Both the position numbers and the translations under genes were made by a program. The notes under the pieces were generated by a model that was given only the letters and a program-made list of their open reading frames with translations, made no database searches and was not told the DNA's origin. From Octopus sinensis (Eukaryota), in assembly GCF_006345805.1 (NCBI RefSeq), contig NC_043011.1:52650464-52714463 (forward strand): 64,000 nucleotides of DNA. The letters run 5' to 3'. Shown piece by piece: positions 1 to 12,001 of the stretch (position 1 is the stretch's first letter; the number at the start of each line of letters is the position of its first letter).

Positions 1-360
1 GATTAGGACTCAGAATGCATAGAGCCAGAACACAACAAGACATTTGGCCAATGCTCTAATGATTCTGCCATCTTTTACAATGGAATTTATAATTCATCCT
101 TTGAAAATCCACAAATAAAGATTAGTAATTCTACTGAAAGGGTGTAAACAGAATTTGAAATAAGACAAAGTGGTTATTTTAAAGCAGTAGTTACTGAAAA
201 AGAAGTTCACTAAGATGGCTTCTGATTTATCTCTCTACTGTAACCTTAATTCCACAGAACACACTATATGTCGCTTCTAAACATGTCATAAAACCTAAAT
301 TCCGAGAAGTTTCTTAATGTATAAAGTGTGTTGTATTTTCTTTAATGTTTGCTTTTTCAG

Positions 361-721
361 ATTCAGTGAATCAGCGACCATGCCAGATCCTTTCATAAAC
401 ATCATTCCAGACACCTTACCGGAGTCTAGCAGTCCTCAAGACATAGTGACGCAACCAACATCTACAGCTCTGGTCCCAGTAAATGCTGATAAAAGATGGC
501 AATTTGATGGTGGAAGGGTGAAGTCAAATTTTGGCCACGTTTCCTTCTCAAAAGGGAATATGTCGAAAGAAGACAGGAAAAGATTGATGGACATGAAAGA
601 GGAGAGGCATAAGATCAAATTAGAAATTCTCAAACTGGAGAGGGAAATGATTAAGAATAAAATGCAGAGTGGTGATGACACGAGAATCAAACTGATAACT
701 GAAGAAGTTACTTTATCATAA
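361..721 (+). CDS. Probable terminal coding exon of an unidentified plus-strand gene (C-terminal coiled coil)
   Basis: Acceptor tttgctttttcag ends at 360. Open frame FSESATMPDPF...EERHKIKLEILKLEREMIKNK...VTLS to TAA 719-721. U-rich 3' region with AATAAA at 836 and 840. Not repeat-derived as far as I can see. Confidence 0.55.
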
Positions 722-874
722 AACTGAAGATCACTGGTTTATGCTGCTACATTCCAGACTGAATGGCTTTTTTTCTCTTTTTCTTATTTTTCCAAATTTT
801 TGTATAACTTTTTTCTTTTTTATATTTTGATAAATAATAAATAAAATGAAGCATTTGAATTTTTTGATTTATAC

Positions 875-1799
875 ATCATCATCATCATCATCATCGTTTA
901 ACGTCCGCTTTCCATGCTAGCATGGGTTGGACGGTTCAACTGGGGTCTGTGAAGCTGGAAGGCTTCATCAGGCCCAGTCAGATCTGGCAGTGTTTCTACG
1001 GCTGGATGCCCTTCCTAACGCCAACCACTCCGTGAGTGTAGTGGGTGCTTTTTATGTGTCACTGACACAGGTGCCAGACGAGGCTGGCGAACAGCCACGC
1101 TCGGATGGTATTTTTTATGTGCCACCGACACAGGTGCCAGACGAGGCTGGTGAACGGCCACGCTCGGATGGTGTTTTTTATGTGCCACCGACACAGGTGC
1201 CAGACGAGGCTGGCGAACGGCCACGCTCGGATGGTGTTTTTTATGTGCCACCAACACAGGTGCCAGACGAGGCTGGCGAACGGCCACGCTCGGATGGTGC
1301 TTTTTATGTGCCACCGACACAGGTGCCAGACGAGGCTGGCGAATGGCCATGCTCGGATGGTGCTTTTTATGTGCCACCGACACAGGTGCTAGACGAGGCT
1401 GGCGAACGGCCATGCTCGGATGGTGCTTTTTATGTGCCACCGACACAGGTGCCAGATGAGGCTGGCGAACGGCCATGCTCGGATGGTGTTTTTTATGTGC
1501 CACCGACACAGGTGCCAGACGAGGCTGGCGAACGGCCACGCTCGGATGGTGTTTTTTATGTGCCACCGACACAGGTGCCAGACGAGGCTGGCGAACGGCC
1601 ATGCTCGGATGGTGCTTTTTATGTGCCACCGACACAGGTGCTAGACGAGGCTGGCGAATGGCCATGCTCGGATGGTGCTTTTTATGTGCCACCGACACAG
1701 GTGCCAGATGAGGCTGGCGAACGGCCATGCTCGGATGGTGCTTTTTATGTGCCACCGACACAGGTGCTAGATGAGGCTGGCGAACGGCCACGCTCGGAT
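875..1799 (-). mobile_element. 5'-truncated RTE LINE 3' end with (GAT)n tail and expanded 63-bp 3'UTR array
   Basis: catcatcatcgtttaacgtcc tail at 875-905. Body matches the 3' end of the RTE copy at 56812-58611. Confidence 0.85.
1044..1799. repeat. 63-bp minisatellite, 12 copies
   Basis: 21-aa periodicity (VPPTQVPDEAGERPRSDGVFY) repeated 12 times in ORF 927-1823. Confidence 0.95.
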
Positions 1800-2052
1800 T
1801 CTCATAAAAACAAAAATGAATAAATGAAATGAAACAAAGATCAGGGATTTTGTGTCCTTATGGAGGTTGATGAACATGTAGAATGAAAAAAATGCCTGAT
1901 GCTGAAGGTGAAAGATTCAATGCAGTAAAATGATGAAGAAAAACATGGAGAAAGGAGCTGAGCTTATGTTATTAAGTTGTTGGGCTTTACAGAAGAATGG
2001 CAATATGCTATGCTTGAAACCCATCAAATGTATAACAGCAGAGCATACAACA

Positions 2053-2090
2053 ATAGTAGTAGTGGTGGTGGTTGTGGTAGTAGTAGCAGC

Positions 2091-2124
<34 letters not shown>

Positions 2125-2147
2125 TAGTAGTAGTAGTAGTAGTAGTG

Positions 2148-2180
<33 letters not shown>

Positions 2181-2182
2181 TC

Positions 2183-2218
<36 letters not shown>
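2053..2218. repeat. (GTA)n microsatellite
   Basis: Direct reading of sequence. Confidence 0.95.
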
Positions 2219-2754
2219 CTTCCTCTAACAGAGCACAGGATATTGAGCTGATAGGGTTTTCAACACGAAACTGGTAAGAGTCAACTATAAAACTTATAGT
2301 CGCACACATATTGGAAAATATAATCCTAGATGTACTATGCCTGAAATAAATGACAGGATGACCATGGCAAGAACACCTTTGGTCATAGGTTGGCTAGATC
2401 AGTGGAAACCTGGGGTTCAATACCAACCAACCAACCATGAGAGAGATAACTTATTTCAAGTTACCAGTACAAAAGTATGATTTTCATATAACTTGGATAA
2501 TAACACTACTACTGGTAATGTCTATTGTCTATGTAGTATGGGAATCTTTAAAAGTTAACAAATTACATGTCAGTTATACAGTGTTCTTGTTGCTTACTGT
2601 GAACTGTGAACTGTGTAATCAATGATCCTGTATGTAGAACAAAAAAGGCCAGGAAAGACTAAATGTCTTTAGCAATGATGCAACTCACTACAGGTGATAA
2701 GTAGGATATAAGCAGTTGACTTTTAATCTGTGAGGCCAGCACTGATAACATCAG

Positions 2755-2770
2755 CATTATTATAATTATA

Positions 2771-2802
<32 letters not shown>

Positions 2803-3340
2803 GTGAGAGAGCAGTGCATGCCATCAAAGTGACACTGGGGTTAAATATACAAAGCCCAGTATACCCATCATGACTACCCGTCTGATAAGGGTACACCAGG
2901 CACATGCATCACAACCATATGTGCGTGACATGGTGATATATCAGGATAAACAGTGCATGACCTTACAGGTGGGGCCCAGTTAGAATTTTCTTCTGGTCGA
3001 GTAACCCATCCCGCTCAAAAGGTCCCTGAATAAGGGTTGTTTAAGGATGTTGAATGAAACACCCATGTTTCCAGAGGTGAATTATTCAAACCCCAAAGAA
3101 TCCCTCTCAACACATGGCTATGATGCTCCCCCACTACTTCTGCTCGTGATCAGAGATGCACATATCGTCAGCCACTAAAGGACATGCTCAACTGGTTAAC
3201 GTCAAACAACTGACAAGTAAATCTGTGGTATTGAGCAGAATATTTGCTGTAGCCCATCTTTTATACCAAAACAAAACAATGTACATGATAACACTTCCAA
3301 TCAGTTAAGATCAAGCCACTGCCTGGTACTGTATCAGGTC
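2755..3340 (-). mobile_element. Interspersed repeat with (TAA)n tail, family uncertain (possibly R4/Dong-mobilised)
   Basis: (TTA)n run at 2755-2800, followed by a more GC-rich non-coding body that abuts the R4-like remnant. Confidence 0.4.
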
Positions 3341-3344
3341 ATTA

Positions 3345-4850
3345 ATTATTATTATTGTTATTATTTATGCACAACAGATTAGACTGTTGGAAAGAATTCT
3401 GAATATTGGGCTACAAATAACTTAAGATACCAAGAATCTGGAGCTGTACTAAAGTAAGTTTTATGCCTATTTCCTCTATCAATCTGTTCAAATCATTAGG
3501 AATAGTTCCTAATGCACCAGTAACTACAAGGATACATTTTACCCACACTTTCCAAACCCTCTGTAACTCAATGGTTAGGTCCTGCTACTTTATTATTTTC
3601 TCTATATCTCTCATATTGACTTTCTTATCATTTGGAATTGTAAAGTCAATTGCCTGGTACTTTCGATTCTCTCTCTTTACAACTACTAAATCAGGCCTTC
3701 TAGCTTTTATTACTCTGTCAGCCTGCATGTTAAAATCCCACAACATCTTATATTTCTTACTTTCTAGAACTTTACTAGGTTCATGTTCATACCACTTACC
3801 AGTATGGTCAAATCCTAGCTTTCTACACAACTCTGAGGATTATTCTCCCTAGGTTCCTACATTGGGAAACTACCTGATTTTTGTCTGTCTTGGCTTTTAT
3901 CCAGTTAGTCCTCAATGCCTGATCTTATGCTGCTACTAACAAACTTTCTGTCTCCCTCTACAGCCTTCCTTTCTTCAACCACAACTGTGTCTCTCTATTA
4001 CTATTTTCTGCATCTATCTTGGGAAATCTACCATGCAAAGCCTTCTCATGCCAGTCTTTACTCTTTGACTAAACATTTTTTTTTGAGAGAAGATTTAAAT
4101 CTTGTTTCCTCACTGTCCTGTTTCCAGGCTTCTATTCTACTCAAATCTTGTCTGAAAGTCTACACTTTCTTTTCTAATCTCCTTTTCCACATCTGTTTCT
4201 TCCTATTCTTTTCTTGAGGAATACCTAGTCTATTAGTAGCAACTACCTCTCCCACATAAATCAGTAAGTTAGCGTGACCTATATTTTTAGTATGTATCCT
4301 ACTGATAACAACATCTACTTTCCAAGCAATATCCAACTATTTCCTTCTAACCTTTTAACACCTTTTAACTCTGGTAATCTTTTTCTTACTTCTTCGCTCA
4401 TTACTTCCTTCAACTCATCTAAAATCTTCCGATCTTCCTTACTTAAGTTGCTGGTGTCAGTTTTCCCCTTCTGACTGTTATTTTTTTCTTGTAAGCTCTT
4501 CCTTGGCTTCAACAATATCGCTTATACATCTTGCTTAATCCTGGTTTGTGTTGTTTGGCTGTTCTATTTCCTGGCCCTTCTGTTTTAGTTGTCTGGTGAT
4601 ATCTTCTACCTCTAATTCTGTCTTCCACTTATTTCTCCTAATAGCATTAACCTGGTCCACTAGTCTCTGCTCTGTTACATCAAACATACCTTTCTTTAAC
4701 CAAAGTGTTTTAACATATGTTTTCTGTAACCTCTTACTTTGGGTTCAATTTTCAGGTAGCACTGCATCACTATCTTCACATGTCCAATTCTTCCTCATCT
4801 ATTATGTACTGATGCTGTCTTAGAATACTAAACCACTGCTGAGTAAGAGA
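3345..4850 (-). mobile_element. Degenerate R4/Dong-like non-LTR retrotransposon with RLE endonuclease and most of the RT deleted
   Basis: ORF 3585-3830 WYEHEP..LWDFNMQADRVIKARRPDLVVV..IDFTIPND is a PD-(D/E)xK restriction-like endonuclease. C-terminal GALGTIP motif near 3510. N-terminal-like remnants at 4270-4850. Confidence 0.75.
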
Positions 4851-5401
4851 CCTGCCCTTAAAGGTTCAGCTTCATTTATACAGTTATCACTAGAATTTCT
4901 GTGCAAACTCATGTGTCTCATAAACTAAAGTAAGGTAATGTTTGTGTGTGTGTTTTTATTGTGAGAGCATCACCATGCACCTGATGTTTTTTACCTTTGT
5001 TATCATTATCATTATTATTATTATTATTAAGGTGGTGGAAAGTGGCAAGCTGGTAGAACTGTTAGCACACTAAACAAAATGCTTAGCAACATTTCAACAG
5101 TCTTTATGTTCTGTGTTCAAATCCCACTGAGATCAACTTTGCTTTTCATCCTTTTGGGGTCAATGAAGTAAGTACTGGGATCGATGTAATAGAGTAACCC
5201 CTGTGCCCCTAAAAAATGGAAAAAAAAAACTGCTGGCCCTGAACCAAAATTTGAAACCATTATTAAGCTTGCAAAACTGTCAGCATGCTGGATGAAATGT
5301 TTAACTGTATTTCTTCTGGGGTTTTATGTGCTGAGTTCAAATTACACCTCTGCCTTTCATCTTTCAGGGTTGATTAAAAAAAAAGATACCAGCTGAGTAA
5401 T

Positions 5402-5702
5402 GTTGTTGTTGTTTGTTCCTTCTTGAGCAATGCCTGGCTCATAAGGGCTGGTTTCCCAGTTTCATTGGCATATACATTCCTCGCCTGGATGGGACGCCAG
5501 TCCATCACAGGTGAGCTGCTAGATGCATGAGGAAAGAGTGAAAGTTGTGGCGAAAGAGTCAGCAGAAGCTCACCACTACCTTTTGCCCGAGCTGTGTGGA
5601 GCTTAGGTGTTTTGCTCATAAACATCGCCCAGCCTGAGATTCGAACCTGCGATCCCTTGACCATGAGTCCACTGCTCTAACCACTAGGCCATGTGCCTCC
5701 AC
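5402..5702 (-). mobile_element. tRNA-derived SINE
   Basis: Minus-strand head GTGGAGGCACATGGCCTAGTGGTTAGAG (A box)...GGTTCGAATC (B box). Related copy at 45205-45479. Confidence 0.8.
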
Positions 5703-6479
5703 TTTTGAGTAGTGAGTATAGTGAATTATAATAAGTATTGTTACGATCATCATCAATGCTTTAATGTCAGTTCTTCTATACTAGCTGGGTTGTACAGGTC
5801 TGCTGTGCACATATCACAACTTATCTCAATCTCATCTTTATCTCACCAATTCTTCCTACATCTTACTTTGCAATGACTGCCTTCTACTGCATACAGCTCT
5901 TTACTTGTGCTGAGTGAGGAGAAATCGAAGGTGTTGTTTACCAAACAGTGGTAATGATTAATATATGTCTGATTTGAAGGACTATGTAGTTTGTACCATT
6001 ATTTAGCAACTCATGTGGTTCTCCAGGGTACAAATATGGGCTGCCTAGGTTCTCTACACACCCAACCTTGCTAATATAGTTCAAAGGAGAGCAGAGCAGT
6101 TAAGTCTGGCATCATTTGGCTGCACTAGTTTCCAAAATAGTGTAGAACTGAATACCAGGTGGCCTTAGACAGGGAGACTATTTACTAACAGTTGAATATC
6201 TCTAATCCTGGATAGAGATCCATACTAAGCTTTGTCAGACAGAGGGAGCCACATGAGCAGAATTGTTTGTCTTGTGGTATGTTGTCTTAGCAACCATATC
6301 AACATTGAATTGTTACTAAGATGATTTGACAATTTAAATTTGTAGACCGTGGGGCATTTATAGAAGCTCACTGCACATCCAGTGGAGCAGACAAGTTTCA
6401 TTCCAATCTAGTCTTTGCATGACCTCTGCATTCAGGGCCTATGTTTCACTACCATATAGTATTGCTGTTTGTATACATG

Positions 6480-7045
6480 CATCATACAATCTTCCTTTCA
6501 CATAGACAGAGAGAGCTTTGGTTTCCAACAGAGGTAAATGCTCTCTGAAATTTCTCCATCTCATTCTTATTCTAGTGATTACACTTTCCATAAACAATGA
6601 ATGCCCACCTAAACACCAAATTTATCTCTGCACTCACAGTTAACTCTCACCTTACTGACAAAACCTCTGTACATGGCCTGTACAGCTTTCACAAGCCACT
6701 CATCTACCCCTAGCTTCCTCAGAACCAACCATACAACACAGTGTAAGATAAGGTGTTATAGCCCAATTAATTAAGAACAGAATTAGACTAGATGAAATAT
6801 ATATCTCTTCCTTCTCCATGGAATCACTTCCTGTTGACTTGCCCACATAACTTTCATCACTTAGCATGAAACTGCTTCCCTCTCTTCTGTAGCCTACTAA
6901 GTAAATGGGGATCTTAGTCCTGTAATCAAAGGCTTTCTCCAGATCAACAAATGCCAAGTATAATGGCTTTTCTTGCTAAATACTTCTCTTGCAGTTACCT
7001 GATTATAAAAATAGCATCAGTAGTGTTTCTGTCTGGGACAAAGCC
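6480..7045 (-). mobile_element. Degenerate RTE reverse transcriptase fragment
   Basis: FVDLEKAFD motif (ORF 6700-6957), with many stops and frameshifts around it. Confidence 0.65.
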
Positions 7046-7146
7046 AAACTATATTTCATCTAGTCTAACTCTGTTCTTAATTAATTGGGCTATAACCCTC
7101 TATCTTACACTAATCTTGTAATAGTGTATTAAACAATGTATCTTAC

Positions 7147-7250
7147 CTGCTCTGTAATGCTATCTAGTGATGATGTTGCCTCATCATAAGCAATTATGAT
7201 AGGGTCTTTCAAAATAGTCCGAGCAATAGCAACACGTTGTTTCTCTCCTC
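7147..7250 (-). CDS. ABCB7: ABCB7 exon 14 (ABC signature end and Walker B)
   Basis: 104 nt, atag|..|gtaaga. (G)[34 protein letters not shown]. Confidence 0.97.
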
Positions 7251-8314
7251 CTATAAATATAAATTATGAAGATTAGTAAATGAAGATCACAACAGATTTT
7301 TTAAAAATATTTCACTCCATCAACTTTTATTTATTTATTTATCTGTTTATTTATTTCAAAAATGGACAGGACACAAATCTGAACATATTTCAGTTTTATT
7401 AGAATTCCACAGTACAGCATATACTTCCCCATAGTTGCCAAATCTGATTGTCTCTCTTTTCTGACACCTATATGTGTAGGTATACATGTAGGTATATATG
7501 CATATAGTTTTATACATTTACTTATCACTACAATTTCTTATCACTACTTTAACAAATGTGGTGAAGTCTTTGCTTTATTGAAGAAATATAAGACCAAAAC
7601 ACACTCTTAGTTGTAACCCATACATGCCAAAAGAATCAAAATATAAGACAAGTATTTTTTTCCTTCACTGCATAAGTATTTCTAATTAATTCTTTAATGC
7701 ATTCCATATTAATTATGTTAACATGAACTTAACAATTGTTAATATATTAAATATCAAAAACATAATTAATTCTATATAAGAAATTATTCCTCTCCATCAA
7801 CTGTTTTAGCCCAAATAAAGTAACAATTGGATATTAAAAATTACAAACTACTTTACCAAACAACTCAAATGACATAGTATTTAGTCCATATTTAATTAGA
7901 TTACTTGTAATGCAGTTGTCATGGGCATACAAATTACTGAACAGTAAAGTGTTACTAGTTCCTATTCTAAGCTGGCAGCTTAACTGGAACGGGCTGAGTG
8001 TTCTTTATTACTTAAACCAATAATGCATTGCAAATGGCAGAGTCTGAACCTATGAACTCTAAGTCAGTAAATGTAATCTACCAATTCAATCACTGATAAA
8101 TGTCAACCATATTTTTACCAAAAATAGTTTAACCATTTATCTTTAAGTTTACTCTGTCAAATGTAATATATATTTATTCACATTAAAAAAAAAAAAATAA
8201 TCACGTGTCATCTTGTAGCTTCATGATTTCAATGATGTGATTGCTTATCTTTAGGATTACATTGCAGGATAGGTGTGAGAGGCTACATGTGGTAGAATAC
8301 TTGGGTTGTTTATG

Positions 8315-8547
8315 AAGGCGGCGAGCTGGCAGAATCATTAGCACACCGGGCAAAATGCTTAGCGGTATTTCGTCTGCCGTTACGTTCTGAGTTCAAATTC
8401 CGCCAAGGTCGACTTTGCTTTTCATCCTTTCGGGGTCAATAAATTAAGTACCAGTTATGCACTGGGGTCGATGTAATCGACTTAATCTGTTAGTCTGTCC
8501 TTGTTTGTCCCTTCTATGCTTCGCCCCTTGTGGGCAATAAAGAAATA
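8315..8547 (+). mobile_element. tRNA-derived SINE (TTCATCCTTTCGGGGTC central domain) with 21-bp TSD, nested in a TTAA MITE
   Basis: TSD agaatacttgggttgtttatg (8294-8314) and agaatacttgggctatttatg (8548-8568). Confidence 0.85.
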
Positions 8548-8762
8548 AGAATACTTGGGCTATTTATGGCCAGTTTCTTTTATGGCCATGCTGGGGCACT
8601 GCCCTGAAGAATTTTAGTAGAATGAATCAACCCCCAGAATATTTTTTTGAGCTTGGTACTTATTCTATCGGCCTCTTTTGCTGAGCAGCAAAGTTACAGG
8701 AATGTAAACACATCAACACCAGTTGTCAAGCAGTGGTGGGGGACAAACCCAAAGACACGCAT

Positions 8763-9135
8763 ACTCTTTACTCTTTTACTTGTTTCAGTCATTTGACTGT
8801 GGCCATACTGGAGCACCGCCTTTAGTCAAGCATATCGACCCCAGGACTTATTCTTTGTAAGCCTAGTAATTATTCTATCAGTCTCTTTTGCTGAACCGCT
8901 AAGTTACGGGGACATAAACACACCAGCATCGGTTGTCAAGCGATGTTGGGGGGACACACAAACACATATATATGACAGGCTTCTTTCAGTTTCCGTGGAC
9001 CAAATCCACTTACAAGGCTTTGGTTGGCCTGAGGCTATAGTAGAAGACACTTGCCCAAGGTGCCACGCAGTGGGATAGAACCAGGAAACATGTGGTTGGT
9101 AAGCAAGCTACTTACTACACAGTCACTCCTGTGCC
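8763..9135 (-). mobile_element. CORE-type tRNA SINE with (GTAAAAGA)n tail
   Basis: ccttgggcaagtgtctt core and ctcttttactcttttac tail. Same family as 17043-17453. Confidence 0.85.
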
Positions 9136-9353
9136 TATACAATGGGCGTTTTTCAGTTTCTGTCTACCAAACCTACTGAAAAACACTTTGGTCAGTCCGA
9201 GGCTATAGTAGAAGAAAGACACTTGCTCAAGACACAGCAGGACTGAACCCAAAACCATGTGGTTGGGAAGCAAACTTCTTACCACACAGCCATGTCTGCA
9301 CCCATAAATTCTAAAGAGTTAAAAGGTGCAGCAAAAAAAGAACTATTCCATAC

Positions 9354-9528
9354 CTGAAAGCTTCAATCCTCTCTCTCCAACCTGTGTTTCGTATTTCTGA
9401 GGAAACATATCTTCAATGGTTTGATGTAATTCAACCATGCGAGATGCTTCAAAGACTTCTTCTTTTGTGGCATCCAATTTACCATATTGGATATTTTGGT
9501 ATATGGTGTCATGGAACAACACACAATC
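9354..9528 (-). CDS. ABCB7: ABCB7 exon 13
   Basis: 175 nt, tttgcag|..|gtatgg. DCVLFHDTIYQNIQYG...YETQVGERGLKLS(G). Confidence 0.97.
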
Positions 9529-10273
9529 CTGCAAAGGAAAACATACTTGTCAGTCAGTCATCATCATTCTCATCATCACCATCTTCATCATCATCGTTTA
9601 ACGTCCGCTTTCCATGCTAGCGTGGGTTGGACGATTTGAATGAGGACTGGTGAACAAATGGCTGCACCAGGCTCCAATCTGATCTGGCAGAGTTTCTACA
9701 GCTGGATGCCCTTCCTAATGCCAACCACTCTGAGAGTATTATTATTATATCAACAACACCACTACTGTTGTCATCGTCATCAACCTCATCCCTTATGACA
9801 TCTAATACTGACTGTATCAACTATGGCAAATGCCCCCCCCCCCTCTCCCTTCCTCACTTTTATTCATCTTGTAGTACCAAGTGGTCTGAAATGTAACATT
9901 AGTGATGGCTAGAAGGCTTCTAGTTACAAGACTGCTTCATCTTCATTATTATTGCTACTAGCACTGCCACCATACTACCATGGCTATCATCCTCTTCCTT
10001 CTCATCATTATCATCATCACCATCACACTACTATTACTACTAAAACTCCCACCACCAACACTACAATTACTAGCATTCTCACAACTACAACCATCAGTAC
10101 CACAACCACCACTACTACCGTTGTGACTACTAACAACCTCAGCCATCATCATTACTACTACAAATTCAACCAACTTCTTCTTTTTTGCTGCCACTGCCAC
10201 CACTACCACCACCACCACCACCACCACAATCACTATCACAACAATAACCACTAACAAGCAGTTCATTACTTAC

Positions 10274-10403
10274 CTGTGGAACAACACCAATAGCTTTTCT
10301 CAAACTGTCCAACGTGACGGTCTTTACGTCTTGACCATTTATAGAGATGGAACCTTTCTGGGGGTCAAAGAAACGGTACAACAGCCGGACAATTGTAGAC
10401 TTC
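10274..10403 (-). CDS. ABCB7: ABCB7 exon 12 (Walker A end, Q-loop)
   Basis: 130 nt, tctag|..|gtaagt. [17 protein letters not shown]...[10 protein letters not shown]. Confidence 0.97.
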
Positions 10404-11036
10404 CTAGACAAAATAAAAAAAAACCAAATGTTCATGTTTATTTTCCATTAATTATCAATGTATATTAAACAAATACAGAAATTACCAAATACCCACAGGT
10501 AAAATTTAATGTCTTTTACCTTCATACACAGGATTTTGAGTACCTGTTTATAGGATTTTCATTATTCACTTACAGCCCGTAATGACTTTGGGAAATATCG
10601 GAACATTACAATTTCATAATTTTTTATTCTATTCTTTAATGTATTTTAACCCTTTAGGACTTAAACTGGCCACAAATATTCTACCTGTTTTATGTTCAAA
10701 CTGGTCAGATCCAGCCTCTTACACTTACCATACAATGTCATTCTAAAAATAAACAATCACATCAAAATCTTGATCTTGTTATTTTTTTTTATCGCTTAAC
10801 TTTTAACAGCTTCAGATTTCTGTATACACCTTTTTTAACCATTCATATTACTGTTATATCTGAAGTATGGCACAAGATAAACCATTTTTCAGATCACATC
10901 AGAGTTATCTGTACTGGGGTCAATTACATCAACCCCAGTACTCATCTGGTACTTATTTTATCGACCTCGAAAGCAATGAAAGGTAAAGTTGACCTCGGCA
11001 GAATTTGAACTCAGAATGTAAAGATGGACAAAATGC

Positions 11037-11222
11037 ACCACATGACCATACCAGCGCAGTCGTCTCTCTTGCACACCACATCTGATGCTTCTTAGGTCCA
11101 ACTTTTCTCTCAAGGAGCTTACACTCTGTTGAGTATGCAAACTGACATTACACATCCATCGGATCATACTGGTTTCATTCCTTGCGAGCTTATGCATGTC
11201 CTCAGCATTTTGTCCATTTTTA
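11037..11222 (-). mobile_element. RTE LINE fragment (C-terminal part of ORF)
   Basis: EDMHKLARNETSMIRWMCNVS...RLRWYGHV matches the translation of 57530-57700. Confidence 0.85.
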
Positions 11223-11247
11223 TGCTCTGAGTTTAAATTCATTACTT

Positions 11248-11877
11248 TCAAACACAAGTATCATGTGGTAATTGTTCTGTCCAAGTTGCATACATACTCC
11301 CTTGTCAATCTTGTCATTGTAACAACAATAAAGAAGTGACTGGGTTATTAGAGGCCTGCAAACAATGATGTTATCAAACACTAATATCATGTGGTAATTG
11401 TTCTGTCCAAGTTGCATACATACTCCCTTGTCAATCTCGTCATTGCAACAAAAATAAAGAAGTGACTGGGTTATTAGAGGCCTGCCAACAATGATGTTAT
11501 CAAATACAAATATCATGTGGTAATTGTTCTGTCCCAGTTGGATAAATACTCCCTTATCAATCTCGTCATTGCAACAAAAATAAAGAAGTGACTGGGTTAT
11601 TAGAGGCTTACAAACAATGATGATATCAATCACAAATATCATGTGGTAATTGTTCTGTCCAAGTTGCATACATACTCCCTTGTCAATGTCATCATTGCAA
11701 CAAAAATGAAGAAATGACTGGGTTATTAGAGGCCTGCAAACGATGATGATATCAATCACAAATATCATGTGGTAATTGTTCTGTCCCAGTTGCATAAATA
11801 CTCCCTTATCAATCTCAACATTGCAACAAAAATAAAGAAGTGACTGGGTTAACAGAGACTTGCAAATGATGATGTTA
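11248..11877. repeat. 126-bp minisatellite, 5 copies
   Basis: atcatgtggtaattgttctgtcc recurs at 11260, 11386, 11512, 11638 and 11764. Confidence 0.95.
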
Positions 11878-12001
11878 TGTGATACATAAAACAAAAGTCA
11901 AAGGCACTGTCCATTCTCATCTTCTGACTATTTTGTAAAACATTAAAACAAACACTTTAGTCTTTGCATTTCAATATTGATGTATTTATGAGAAAACTTA
12001 C

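Noticed and set aside
1044-1799. CRISPR-like array
   Set aside because: No unique spacers; contiguous tandem units in eukaryotic DNA; no cas genes.
927-1823. 298-aa repetitive ORF (and antisense 1015-1791)
   Set aside because: Product of an in-frame 63-bp array within an RTE 3'UTR; begins in LINE tail sequence.
5620-5702. tRNA gene
   Set aside because: A and B boxes continue into a SINE body; no acceptor stem closure or terminator; recurs at 45400-45479.
722-7146. ABCB7 exons 15-16
   Set aside because: Manual scan of the minus strand found no IAHRLST, DADEI or ERGTH coding with splice sites. A computational tblastn should confirm.
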